Origin: Pontiella sp.
GTDB lineage: Bacteria; Verrucomicrobiota; Kiritimatiellia; Kiritimatiellales; Pontiellaceae
Length of the DNA stretch: 64,000 bases
Reading direction: 5' to 3'
Assembly: GCA_050290185.1 (NCBI GenBank)
Contig: JBNKHE010000001.1
Location: 546,713-610,712, forward strand
Position 1 is the stretch's first letter; each line of letters opens with the position of its first letter. The notes beneath the pieces were generated by a model. It did no database searches. It saw nothing but the letters and a program-made list of their open reading frames with translations, and was not told the origin of the DNA. Position numbers and translations under genes: made by a program. Below are positions 43,680-52,752 of the stretch, piece after piece.

Positions 43680-43979
43680 ATGGTTGCTGAAGAACGAAAT
43701 ATCGCTGCGGAAGTATTGAAGGCGATGGCCCACCCTGTTCGTTTGGGTGTCATCGAAATTCTGGCTGACGGCGAACGAACGGTTACCCAGCTCTATGAAG
43801 AACTGGGATGCAGCCAATCGATGATGTCGCAGCAGTTGAAGATCCTGTGCCAGCAGAAGCTGGTGGAAATCCGCAAGGACGGTACGCAGAAATACTGTAG
43901 CCTGTCCAACCGCGACTTCCTAAAGCTATTTGACTGCATGCATAAACATCTGCGTCAATTCCTCAATTTTCAGGACTAA
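43680..43979 (+). CDS. ArsR/SmtB-family transcriptional repressor
   Basis: 'LKAMAHPVRL', HTH 'SQSMMSQQLKIL', wing 'RKDG'; four Cys; GGAG RBS before ATG 43680. Confidence 0.9.
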   Translation: MVAEERNIAAEVLKAMAHPVRLGVIEILADGERTVTQLYEELGCSQSMMSQQLKILCQQKLVEIRKDGTQKYCSLSNRDFLKLFDCMHKHLRQFLNFQD

Positions 43980-44055
43980 CCATCCTGTTTTTTCACCTCC
44001 CGTACATTAGGTTATCATTATCTTTTAATTATATAACTGGAAAGGTCATCATAGA

Positions 44056-46512
44056 ATGAGTACTGAAAAACTTCTGATTGTCGGCGGTGTGGCCGGCGGA
44101 GCAAGCGCGGCGGCCCGGGCACGCCGACTCGATGAAAACTGCGAAATCATCCTGTTCGAACGCGGGCCGGATATCTCGTTCGCCAATTGCGGCCTCCCCT
44201 ACCACATCGGCGGAACCATTGCCGAACGCGAAAAGCTGCTCGTCACCACGCCGGAAGCAATGGTCGGCAAGTTCAACCTCGAGGTGCGCACGTTGAGCGA
44301 AGTGGTCGCAATCGACCGTGCTAACAAGCAGATCTCGGTCAAGAACCTGAAAACCGGAGAAGAATATACCGAGTCCTACGACAAATTGATTCTCAGTCCC
44401 GGCGCGGCCCCGGTTCGTCCCCCCATCGCCGGCATCGACAATCCGAAGGTTTTGACGCTGCGCAATCTCGAGGACATGGATCGGATTATCCAAGGCCTCG
44501 AAGGGAAAAAATCGGCGGCTGTAATCGGCGGCGGCTACATCGGCCTCGAAATGGCCGAGGCGCTGCGCGAACGCAAACTAAGCACCACGCTCATCGAGCT
44601 GGCCCCGCAGGTAATGGGCCCGGCCGACCCGGAAATGGCCACGGTTCTTCATCAGGAAATGCGCCTTCTTGGCGTCAATCTGAAACTGGAAACCTCCGTC
44701 ACCGCCTTCGAAACCGCCGGCGATGGCGTGGACCTGATTCTGAGCGACGGCGACCGCCTGCACAGCGACCTGGCCATTCTGGCGATCGGCGTAAAACCGG
44801 AAGCGACGCTGGCCATCAATGCCGGGCTTGAACTCGGTTCCACCGGCGGGATCAAGGTGAACGAAAACATGCTGACCTCCGATCCCGACATCTATGCGGT
44901 CGGCGACGCGGTCGAAATCACGGACTTCGCGACTGGCCAGCCCGCACTCATCCCGCTGGCCGGCCCCGCCAACCGGCAGGGCCGCATTGCCGCCGACAAT
45001 ATTTTCGGTCGCACCAGCGCCTATAAAAACACACAGGGCACGGCCATCTGCAAGGTCTTCAACATGGCGATCGGTATGACCGGTCTCAGTGAAAAAATGG
45101 CCAGGCGGCAGGGCATCACGTATGAAAAGGTCTATGTCCATCCGGCCAGCCACGCCTCGTACTATCCCGGCTCGCATCCCATCTCGCTCAAGCTCCTATT
45201 CGATCCGGAAAACGGCAAGGTGCTGGGCGCGCAGGCGGTCGGCGCCGACGGCGTCGACAAGCGCATCGACGTCATTGCCGTGGCCATCCGTGCCGGCCTG
45301 ACGGTCTACGACCTGGAAGAGATGGAGCTGACCTATGCCCCGCCGTTTGGCTCGGCCAAGGATCCGGTCAACTATGCGGGCTTTGTGGCCTGCAACGTGT
45401 TGCGCGGCGACGCAAAGCTGTTCCACGTCGAAGAGGCCCTGAAGCCCGCCGACCACCAGAAGCTGATCGACGTGCGCAACCCCGAAGAAATGGCGGGCGG
45501 CACGATTCCCGGCGCCAAGAACATTCCCCTGGGACAACTCCGCGACAAGCTCGACGAACTCGACAAGGACCGCGAATACCTCGTTTTCTGCCAGGTCGGC
45601 CTGCGCGGCTATCTCGCCTGTCGCATCCTGACCCAGAATGGATTCAAGTGCCGCAACCTGACCGGCGGCTATAAAACCTATATGATGGTGACGGCCCACC
45701 AGCCGGACACCATTCCCGAAAACGAAACCACCTTCGACGATCCCGGCGATGACATCGTAGGCGTGTCCGCTCCGGCCTCCGAAGCTCCGGTCGTGGAAAC
45801 GATCGATGCCATCGGACTCCAATGCCCGGGCCCGGTTCTTCAGCTGGCCAAGGGACTGGAACGTGTCCGCAACGGCGAAGCAGTCGGGATCCTGTCCAAC
45901 GATCCCGGCTTCGCCGCCGACATCCCGGCGTGGTGCCACTCGACAGGAAACCAGCTGCAGTCGCTGGAACCCGAAAAGGGCGGATACCGGGCGGTGATCG
46001 TTAAACAAAGCGCTTCGGCCTGCACGATGGCGATGGGTTCCGGAGAAAAGCGCTTCACCAATGTGGTGTTCAGCAACGATCTCGACAAAGCACTGGCCGC
46101 TTTCATCATTGCCAACGGCGCCGCCACCATGGGCTACAAAGTGACGCTGTTCTTCACCTTCTGGGGACTGAACATCCTGCGCAAGGAAGGCCCGGTTTCC
46201 GTGCAGAAAAACCTCGTGGAAAAAATGTTCGGCTTCATGATGCCCAAGGGCCCCAAAAAGCTGGCCCTCTCCCAAATGCACATGGGCGGCATGGGTGCCG
46301 CCATGATCAAGGGGATCATGAAACAGAAGAACGTCATGAGCCTGCCGGAACTGATCGACACGGCCGTCAACAACGGCGTGAAACTAGTGGCCTGCTCTAT
46401 GTCCATGGACCTGATGGGGATCAAACGCGAAGAACTAATCGATGGCATCGAGGAAGGCGGCGTGGCAATGTACATTGATGAGCTTGGCGGCAACGCCAAC
46501 CTATTCATTTAA
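44056..46512 (+). CDS. CoA-disulfide/persulfide reductase-rhodanese-TusA(SirA)-DsrE fusion
   Basis: GGVAGGASAA, redox SFANCGLPY, GGGYIG, YAPPF; rhodanese FCQVGLRG; TusA-like DAIGLQCPGP; DsrE-like FFTFWG...ACSMSMDLMG. Confidence 0.92.
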   Translation: MSTEKLLIVGGVAGGASAAARARRLDENCEIILFERGPDISFANCGLPYHIGGTIAEREKLLVTTPEAMVGKFNLEVRTLSEVVAIDRANKQISVKNLKTGEEYTESYDKLILSPGAAPVRPPIAGIDNPKVLTLRNLEDMDRIIQGLEGKKSAAVIGGGYIGLEMAEALRERKLSTTLIELAPQVMGPADPEMATVLHQEMRLLGVNLKLETSVTAFETAGDGVDLILSDGDRLHSDLAILAIGVKPEATLAINAGLELGSTGGIKVNENMLTSDPDIYAVGDAVEITDFATGQPALIPLAGPANRQGRIAADNIFGRTSAYKNTQGTAICKVFNMAIGMTGLSEKMARRQGITYEKVYVHPASHASYYPGSHPISLKLLFDPENGKVLGAQAVGADGVDKRIDVIAVAIRAGLTVYDLEEMELTYAPPFGSAKDPVNYAGFVACNVLRGDAKLFHVEEALKPADHQKLIDVRNPEEMAGGTIPGAKNIPLGQLRDKLDELDKDREYLVFCQVGLRGYLACRILTQNGFKCRNLTGGYKTYMMVTAHQPDTIPENETTFDDPGDDIVGVSAPASEAPVVETIDAIGLQCPGPVLQLAKGLERVRNGEAVGILSNDPGFAADIPAWCHSTGNQLQSLEPEKGGYRAVIVKQSASACTMAMGSGEKRFTNVVFSNDLDKALAAFIIANGAATMGYKVTLFFTFWGLNILRKEGPVSVQKNLVEKMFGFMMPKGPKKLALSQMHMGGMGAAMIKGIMKQKNVMSLPELIDTAVNNGVKLVACSMSMDLMGIKREELIDGIEEGGVAMYIDELGGNANLFI

Positions 46513-46527
46513 TACAAGGAGAACATT

Positions 46528-46944
46528 ATGTGGACCTATGAAAGCGCCGTAGACTGGAAGCAGGGAAAGACCGGGGAAACCCGCAGTGCCGGCAAACCCA
46601 CCGTCGAGGTGGCAACGCCCCCGGAATTCGGAGGCCCGGAAAACATCTGGACGCCGGAAGAGCTGCTCACCAGCTCCGTGGCGACCTGTATCATGACCTC
46701 GGCGCTGTTCTTTCTCGACCGCGCGAAGATCCAACTGCGCTCCTACAAGAGCAATGCCACCGCCACGATGGAGAAAGGTCCTGCCGGCCTGACCATCACC
46801 GGGATCAAGGTGGCTGTTAGCGTCGAACTGGAAGATGCATCGCAAGAGGATGCGGCACGCAAGGCCGTGGAACAGGCGGAAAAAACCTGTCCGATTTCCA
46901 ACTCGCTGCAATGCCCCGTTGCACTCGAACTTCAAGTCGGCTGA
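46528..46944 (+). CDS. OsmC-like protein
   Basis: 'PPEFGG..WTPEELL..SVATC' and 'CPISNSL' (two Cys). Confidence 0.88.
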   Translation: MWTYESAVDWKQGKTGETRSAGKPTVEVATPPEFGGPENIWTPEELLTSSVATCIMTSALFFLDRAKIQLRSYKSNATATMEKGPAGLTITGIKVAVSVELEDASQEDAARKAVEQAEKTCPISNSLQCPVALELQVG

Positions 46945-46957
46945 CCGGTTGCATCCC

Positions 46958-47395
46958 ATGGCCATTCCAAAAAAGGATATCACCGTAAGCTTCCCGGGAG
47001 GGAAGCAGGTGCAGGCGCATTTCAACGGACACTCGGTTCTGACGGACCAGTCGGTGAAGAACGGAGGCAAAGGCTCGGCTCCTGAGCCGTTCGACCTCTT
47101 CTTTGTCTCGATGGCCACCTGTGTCGGCATCTATGTGCTGGAATTCTGCACCAGCCGCGAATTGGATACCGACGGCCTCGGGGTACATCTGGTCAGCGAA
47201 CTGGATCCCGCGGAAAAGCGGTTTCCGAAGGTCTCCATCGACATCGCCCTCCCCCAGGGATTTCCGGAAAAATACCGCAAGGCCATCTGGCGGACCGCCA
47301 ATCTTTGCAGCGTCAAGAAACACATTCTCAACCCTCCGGAATTCAACATCTTGCTCGACGGGCATGCGGTGGACGCTGAACCTCCGGAAGGTTAG
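46958..47395 (+). CDS. OsmC-like protein (second)
   Basis: 'TDQ...GG.GSAPEPFDLF..SMATC' and 'CSVKKHI'. Confidence 0.88.
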   Translation: MAIPKKDITVSFPGGKQVQAHFNGHSVLTDQSVKNGGKGSAPEPFDLFFVSMATCVGIYVLEFCTSRELDTDGLGVHLVSELDPAEKRFPKVSIDIALPQGFPEKYRKAIWRTANLCSVKKHILNPPEFNILLDGHAVDAEPPEG

Positions 47396-47508
47396 TTTTT
47401 CCAAGGATACTTTTTCTCGGAAAGCCCGCGGGGATAGCTGAATTCCCGAACTACCACTCGCTCATCGTCCAAGTTCAGCGACAGGCGGCAACGTATACCC
47501 TGCACGTC
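47392..47508 (-). pseudogene. Orphan C-terminal fragment paralogous to the 47644-48390 gene
   Basis: DVQGIRCRLSLNLDDERVVVREFSYPRGLSEKKYPWKN* versus DVHGIRCRLIVKLSEEQTLVREFNEPSGLSEHKYPWKE* (24/38 identical by hand count). Confidence 0.8.
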
Positions 47509-47643
47509 AATGCATTCGTGCATATGCTCAACCAGACCTCAACAATGGCGAAAGCGTGCACGGTGGTCAGCCAATTGTTCGAATTTAAACAACCTGCATG
47601 AGTGGCCCATCACATATGAATCAGCGACCCGACATGCAGAAAT

Positions 47644-48390
47644 CTATTCCTTCCAAGGATACTTATGCTCGGAGAGTCCGGAGGGCTCGTTGAACTCGCG
47701 AACCAGGGTTTGCTCCTCGGACAGCTTGACGATCAGGCGGCAACGGATCCCATGCACATCCCCTTCGGCAGGTTTGCTCGATATCGTAAAGCGGGAAGTG
47801 AACCGCTCATTCAGGATTTCGACGGCATCCGTCTTGAATCTGATCTTCCGGCCGGCATCGATATTCGGTAGCTTTTTCTCACCGAAATGAACTTTCTGCT
47901 CGGGCTCTTTGGCTCCCCGCTGGCCTTGTTCATAATAGATTTTGTATTCGACGCGGGCATCAAGGATCGGAAAGGATGACTTGTTTTCAAACTCAATGAT
48001 ATAACCGATCTCCTCGTATTCTTGTTCCCCGCCCTTCTCCTGATCAGTGTCGCCATAGTCATAACTCACATTGAAGATGATCTCCTCTTCCCGCTCGCTG
48101 AAGACCTCCTCATCGGTAGAAATTTTCAGGTTTCTGTCGGAAATCAGCTCGTTGGCCTTATACCAATCCGTGATGTAGTCCTGGTCGGATTTGGAGAAAC
48201 CGCTGATCTTTACCGTCATGCGCCGGCCGTTTTCAAGCTCAACCGTTACGCGGTCACTCTCCGGCTCGCATTTCACGACCTTGAGCATGATGGACCGGCC
48301 CTGTTCATCCATGAATACGCGAAACTCTTCCCCGGCAAGACTGCATAGGCAAGAGACCGCAACGATCAGCAATACGACATAACTCTTCAT
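47644..48390 (-). CDS. Secreted protein with an N-terminal SHD1-like domain
   Basis: Signal peptide then 'FRVFMDEQGRSI...FSKSDQDYI'. Confidence 0.7.
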   Translation of the reverse strand: MKSYVVLLIVAVSCLCSLAGEEFRVFMDEQGRSIMLKVVKCEPESDRVTVELENGRRMTVKISGFSKSDQDYITDWYKANELISDRNLKISTDEEVFSEREEEIIFNVSYDYGDTDQEKGGEQEYEEIGYIIEFENKSSFPILDARVEYKIYYEQGQRGAKEPEQKVHFGEKKLPNIDAGRKIRFKTDAVEILNERFTSRFTISSKPAEGDVHGIRCRLIVKLSEEQTLVREFNEPSGLSEHKYPWKE

Positions 48391-48409
48391 GATTTTCCCC
48401 TGTTGTTTC

Positions 48410-49789
48410 CTATAGGTGTTCGATCAAATAACGTTTTACGGCATCCACATCATTGGCGATGGTGTCACAACGGGTTTCGGCATCAATGAGCGCATCCAGT
48501 ATCGGATGATGAACCTCTTCGCCAATCGCATCGATGATGGCTTGGGTAAACTTGGCTGGATGCGCGGTCGCCAAACAAATGGTAGGCGATGATTCGGAAA
48601 GCTCCTTCTCCGCCACCAAAACACCCACGGCCGTGTGCGGGTCCAGGACATAGCCAAATTGATCGTTGTATCGTTTGATGGTCTCCAGTGTCGCGGCCGT
48701 GTCGCCCCGGCCGGCCACGAACAGGTCATCCACCACGTTGTTTTTATTCAACGGAACGCAAAGTTCGCCGGACTGCGAGAAGTCGGCCATTAGCGCGGTA
48801 AGTTTGGCGGCATCCTGCCCAACCTTGTAGTAGAGATAGCGTTCGAAATTGCTGGCGACCTGGATGTCCATGGACGGGCTGATGGTCGGCACTACGCTGG
48901 CCATGCCGTAGACGCCACTGTTGAAGAAACGCGAAAGAATATCGTTTTCGTTGGTGGCAAGAATCAGCTTGCCGACGGGAAGTCCCATGCGCTGCGCCAG
49001 ATAGCCGGCCATGATATCGCCGAAGTTGCCGGTCGGAACGGAAAACTGCACGGACGACGAACCGGTTTCCTCCATCACCCGGAAGGCCGAATAGAAATAG
49101 TAGACCGTCTGCGCCAGCACACGTGCCCAGTTGACCGAATTAACCGAACCCAGCGCATGCTCCGTCTTGAACGGCACATCGGCGAAAGTTGTTTTCATGA
49201 TGTGCTGGCAGTCGTCGAACGTGCCATCGACTGCGAGGTTGAAGACGTTGTCGTCGAGCACACTCGTCATCTGTTTTTCCTGCAACGGACTGGTCCGGCC
49301 GGCCGGATGCATGATGAAGATATTGATATTGGGCTTTCCCCGCACGCCATGGATCGCGGCGCTGCCGGTGTCGCCGCTGGTGGCCCCGAGTATATTCAGA
49401 TTACCGCCACGTTTTTCCAGGATGTAGGCAAAGAGGTTTCCGAGAAACTGCAGCGCCACATCCTTGAAGGCCAGCGTCGGTCCGTGAAACAACTCCAGAA
49501 TATGCACATCGCCCACCTTGACGGAAGGTGCGACTTCGGGATGGTCGAAGGTCGCATAGCTGGCGTTGATAAGCTGGCGCAAATCATTCTCCGGGATATC
49601 GGTGGCAAACAGGCTTATCACCTCGAAGGCCAATTCCGGGTAGGTAAGTTTCGCCCATGCATCCAACTTGTCCGCTACATTGGGCAGTGATTCCGGCAGC
49701 AGCAGGCCGCCATCCGGCGCCAATCCCGTCATGACCGCATCTTGAAATCCAACAGGCTCCATCTGCCCGCGCGTGCTGATATATTTCAT
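48410..49789 (-). CDS. thrC: Threonine synthase
   Basis: 'MKYISTRG', 'GLAPDGGL', PLP lysine in 'HGPTLAFKD', 'ATSGDTG', 'TAHPAKF'. Confidence 0.97.
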   Translation of the reverse strand: MKYISTRGQMEPVGFQDAVMTGLAPDGGLLLPESLPNVADKLDAWAKLTYPELAFEVISLFATDIPENDLRQLINASYATFDHPEVAPSVKVGDVHILELFHGPTLAFKDVALQFLGNLFAYILEKRGGNLNILGATSGDTGSAAIHGVRGKPNINIFIMHPAGRTSPLQEKQMTSVLDDNVFNLAVDGTFDDCQHIMKTTFADVPFKTEHALGSVNSVNWARVLAQTVYYFYSAFRVMEETGSSSVQFSVPTGNFGDIMAGYLAQRMGLPVGKLILATNENDILSRFFNSGVYGMASVVPTISPSMDIQVASNFERYLYYKVGQDAAKLTALMADFSQSGELCVPLNKNNVVDDLFVAGRGDTAATLETIKRYNDQFGYVLDPHTAVGVLVAEKELSESSPTICLATAHPAKFTQAIIDAIGEEVHHPILDALIDAETRCDTIANDVDAVKRYLIEHL

Positions 49790-49803
49790 ACTGTATTCCT
49801 CAT

Positions 49804-49857
49804 AAAAAAAACCGGGGCCGGATCATTTATTATAATCCGGCCCTTTTAAAGCATCAA
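49804..49857 (-). promoter_or_regulatory. Terminator hairpin overlapping a sigma70 promoter for thrC
   Basis: Minus strand TTGATG-17 nt-TATAAT; the -10 lies in the loop of the GGGCCGGAT/ATCCGGCCC stem, which is followed by a U-tract. Confidence 0.55.
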
Positions 49858-49887
49858 TGAATAAGAATCGTCTGGCTGATCCTCTCT

Positions 49888-50586
49888 TTATAGATCAAAC
49901 GTGTGACGCTCGTAATCTGCTCGAGAATACGTATCAACCTTGCTAACAGCCTGCTTCCTGATCACATTCAACTTTTTTTCATACGAACTCTTATTGGCAT
50001 CGATCGCGACCATTTCCCCTTTGTCATTTTCGACGACAACCAGGTAGCCCTCATACTGCCACCCCGATTTCCCACCTCCATATGAGTCCCAATACGAGAC
50101 CGATCCAGAAGCATTCAAGGAGACCGAATTCTTCTTATCAAAGGAAAATGAAACCTCGTTCTTACCAATGACAACCCTACTGTCTCCTCTGTAGCTCTCT
50201 GCAATGATATATAAGTACGCCTTGAACTTCTGGGTACAGGGCGACTTGCTGACTTTCTTTACTGCCACATTAACCGTTATCGTGTCGCGGTCGTGCGTTG
50301 AATAGCCGTTGTCACTCAGCGCCTCCGTGGATTTATCCCGATCAACCTCGATTTTTATTTCGGGAGGAACTACACTGGCCAGATATTCATTATCCTTCGC
50401 GCAGAGCTTGTTCATGGGAACCATGATGCGCGTGCCATCCTGCTTTTCCAGAACAACCTTATTGCCCGCCATCTGGATAAACTGGGCCTCGATATTTTGC
50501 ATGCCGTCCTTCGACGACCAAACCCGAAACTCCGCATGAACATTCACCACCATCAAAGCAACAGCGACCAATATGTATTTTTTCAT
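49888..50586 (-). CDS. Secreted SHD1-domain protein
   Basis: Signal peptide then 'FRVWSSKDG..IEAQF...VVLEKQDG...VPMNKLCAKDNEYL'. Confidence 0.75.
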   Translation of the reverse strand: MKKYILVAVALMVVNVHAEFRVWSSKDGMQNIEAQFIQMAGNKVVLEKQDGTRIMVPMNKLCAKDNEYLASVVPPEIKIEVDRDKSTEALSDNGYSTHDRDTITVNVAVKKVSKSPCTQKFKAYLYIIAESYRGDSRVVIGKNEVSFSFDKKNSVSLNASGSVSYWDSYGGGKSGWQYEGYLVVVENDKGEMVAIDANKSSYEKKLNVIRKQAVSKVDTYSRADYERHTFDL

Positions 50587-50761
50587 TGCCCCTCCTTTGT
50601 TTATCTACGTCGCAAGATTGAAAGAAGTGTATTAAAGAGAAATAGGATAAACAAGTGATATTCTCCGTCACCCCGGGGGTTCATACGATTTTCGTCTAGA
50701 ATCACTTTGCCAAGTCTCCATGGTGCGCGCTAGCTTGGTAATCAATTACCAAGGGTCCATT

Positions 50762-51703
50762 ATGAATATCATCGAACAAATCGAGGCAACCGCATTAAAG
50801 CTCGTCCCTCTCTATGCCCAAGACGAAGCCGACCTGCCGGACCGGCCGCTTTGGTCCCATCCGGAACTCGATGAGGTCATCGAAGCGTTGCGGCTGCTGG
50901 CCGACGTTCTTTTCCCTGGCAAGCATCTTCCGGAACCGTCCGACTTTAAAACCTTCTTCACCGACCAGTTGAGTGCCACGGCTGAAATCCTGATGCAGGA
51001 AGTGGAGAAGGCGCTGCCGTTCCGCTGGATGGGGGCCGCCGACCTCCATGAAAAGCGAAAACCCATCGATGACCTCCACCCTGAAGCGGCCAACATTGTC
51101 AGCCGGTTCATTGCCTCGGTGCCCACCATACGGACCGCCTTAATCGAGGATGTGAAGGCCGCCTACAATGGCGACCCGGCCGCGCTCAGTTATGCCGAAG
51201 TCAAGCTGGCCTATCCCGGACTTGTGGCAATCACCTCCCACCGTATTGCCCACGAACTGTACAAGCTGGAAGTACCATTGATTCCGCGCATCATGAGCGA
51301 ATACACCCATTCACTCACCGGGATCGACATCCATCCGGGCGCAAGCATTGGCGAAGGATTCTTTATCGACCACGGCACCGGGGTGGTCATCGGCGAAACC
51401 TGCCATATCGGCAACAACGTAAAGCTTTATCAGGGCGTAACTCTTGGCGCAAAGAGCTTCCCGCTCGATGAACACGGCCGACCCATTAAACATATCCAGC
51501 GGCACCCCACCGTGGAGCACAACGTGGTCGTTTATGCCAACAGCACGATTCTGGGAGGGGATACTGTGATCGGCCATGACTCCATTGTTGCCGGCAACGT
51601 ATTCCTTATGGAGAGCATTCCGCCCCGCAGTCTGGTTACCCGCACTGAAAGCGGCGTAGTGGTCCGAACCCGGGAGACGCATGGCGGAGGCGCCGGCATT
51701 TAA
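50762..51703 (+). CDS. cysE: Serine O-acetyltransferase (long form)
   Basis: 'GDPAA', 'YPG...HRIAHELY', 'TGIDIHPGA.IG..FFIDHGTGVVIGET', 'RHPT'. Confidence 0.93.
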   Translation: MNIIEQIEATALKLVPLYAQDEADLPDRPLWSHPELDEVIEALRLLADVLFPGKHLPEPSDFKTFFTDQLSATAEILMQEVEKALPFRWMGAADLHEKRKPIDDLHPEAANIVSRFIASVPTIRTALIEDVKAAYNGDPAALSYAEVKLAYPGLVAITSHRIAHELYKLEVPLIPRIMSEYTHSLTGIDIHPGASIGEGFFIDHGTGVVIGETCHIGNNVKLYQGVTLGAKSFPLDEHGRPIKHIQRHPTVEHNVVVYANSTILGGDTVIGHDSIVAGNVFLMESIPPRSLVTRTESGVVVRTRETHGGGAGI

Positions 51704-51705
51704 GC

Positions 51706-52752
51706 CTAGACTGGAAATTCCATCCAGAAACAACATCCGCCCAAAGTGCTTTCTTCCACACCGCAAGTTCCATTGTGCGCCTGGCATACGTCGCTAACGA
51801 TGGCAAGCCCGAGCCCAGCCCCTTCCCGGCCACTCGCACTGCCCCGTTCAAACGGCCGGAAGATGGAGGCCCGCTGGGCCCCCGTCAATCCGGGCCCCGA
51901 ATCGGAAACCTCTATCCGTATCCGTGTTTTTGAGGGGGCCGTCAAGACCAGTTCAATACGGCCACCCGAAGGCGTGAATTTCAGCGCATTATCCACAATG
52001 TTCGAAAGCGCCTCGCGAATCAGATCCGGCACACCATGTATGACCGGCATATCCACAGAATTGCTCAACTCCACCCTGATGCTGCGGAGTTCCCCAATCA
52101 TGACGGCTTCAGCGACAACGCCCTGAGCCAGCTCCTGCAGGTCTATGGACCCACGGTATTCGTCCAGCGCCCCACCCGCGGCACGGGCCAGCAACAGCAA
52201 CTGGTTTACCGTTTGGCTCAGCCGAACCGTGCTGTCCAGGATATCGACGATCACATCGCGATATTCCTCTTCGGTACGCGGGTGCTTCAGACAGACCTCG
52301 CTTTTGGTCCTGATGGCAGCCAGCGGATTCCGCAATTGGTGGGATGCGTCGTAGCTGAAACGATGCATGCGGTCCAGCAGCTCCTGGTATTCGTCGAACG
52401 TCTCGTTTAGCGTTGCGGCAAGGCGGCCGATTTCATCTGAAGGATGCTCCACTGCGATACGATCCTCCAAACGCCCGTGGCTGATGCTCTCCGCCTGTTC
52501 CACCATGGAACGCCATGGACGAAGCAACCAGCGCGAAACGTTCCATGCCACCAGCAAACTCACCGGGAAGAGTACCAGCATAACGATGCCGATCACCATG
52601 ACTTCTTCGAGCTCTTCCGACAGCACAGCGCCGCTCTGAAAGCACTCGTACAGATCGTATGAAATCAGGACGATGGCAATTAGAATGAAGTTGACCAGGG
52701 TATAAATGGTTAGGGAACCGAAAAACCGCCCCCGAATTGTTCTTTTTTTCAT
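51706..52752 (-). CDS. Sensor histidine kinase (2 TM, HAMP, HisKA, HATPase)
   Basis: 'DASHQLRNPL', 'NIVDNALKF', 'DSGPG', 'GAGLGLAIV'. Confidence 0.95.
   Translation of the reverse strand: MKKRTIRGRFFGSLTIYTLVNFILIAIVLISYDLYECFQSGAVLSEELEEVMVIGIVMLVLFPVSLLVAWNVSRWLLRPWRSMVEQAESISHGRLEDRIAVEHPSDEIGRLAATLNETFDEYQELLDRMHRFSYDASHQLRNPLAAIRTKSEVCLKHPRTEEEYRDVIVDILDSTVRLSQTVNQLLLLARAAGGALDEYRGSIDLQELAQGVVAEAVMIGELRSIRVELSNSVDMPVIHGVPDLIREALSNIVDNALKFTPSGGRIELVLTAPSKTRIRIEVSDSGPGLTGAQRASIFRPFERGSASGREGAGLGLAIVSDVCQAHNGTCGVEESTLGGCCFWMEFPV

Noticed and set aside
47392..47760. DGR-like geometry (repeat of a gene's 3' end located nearby)
   Set aside because: Mismatches are not adenine-specific, many are synonymous, identity is low, and no reverse transcriptase is in the window.
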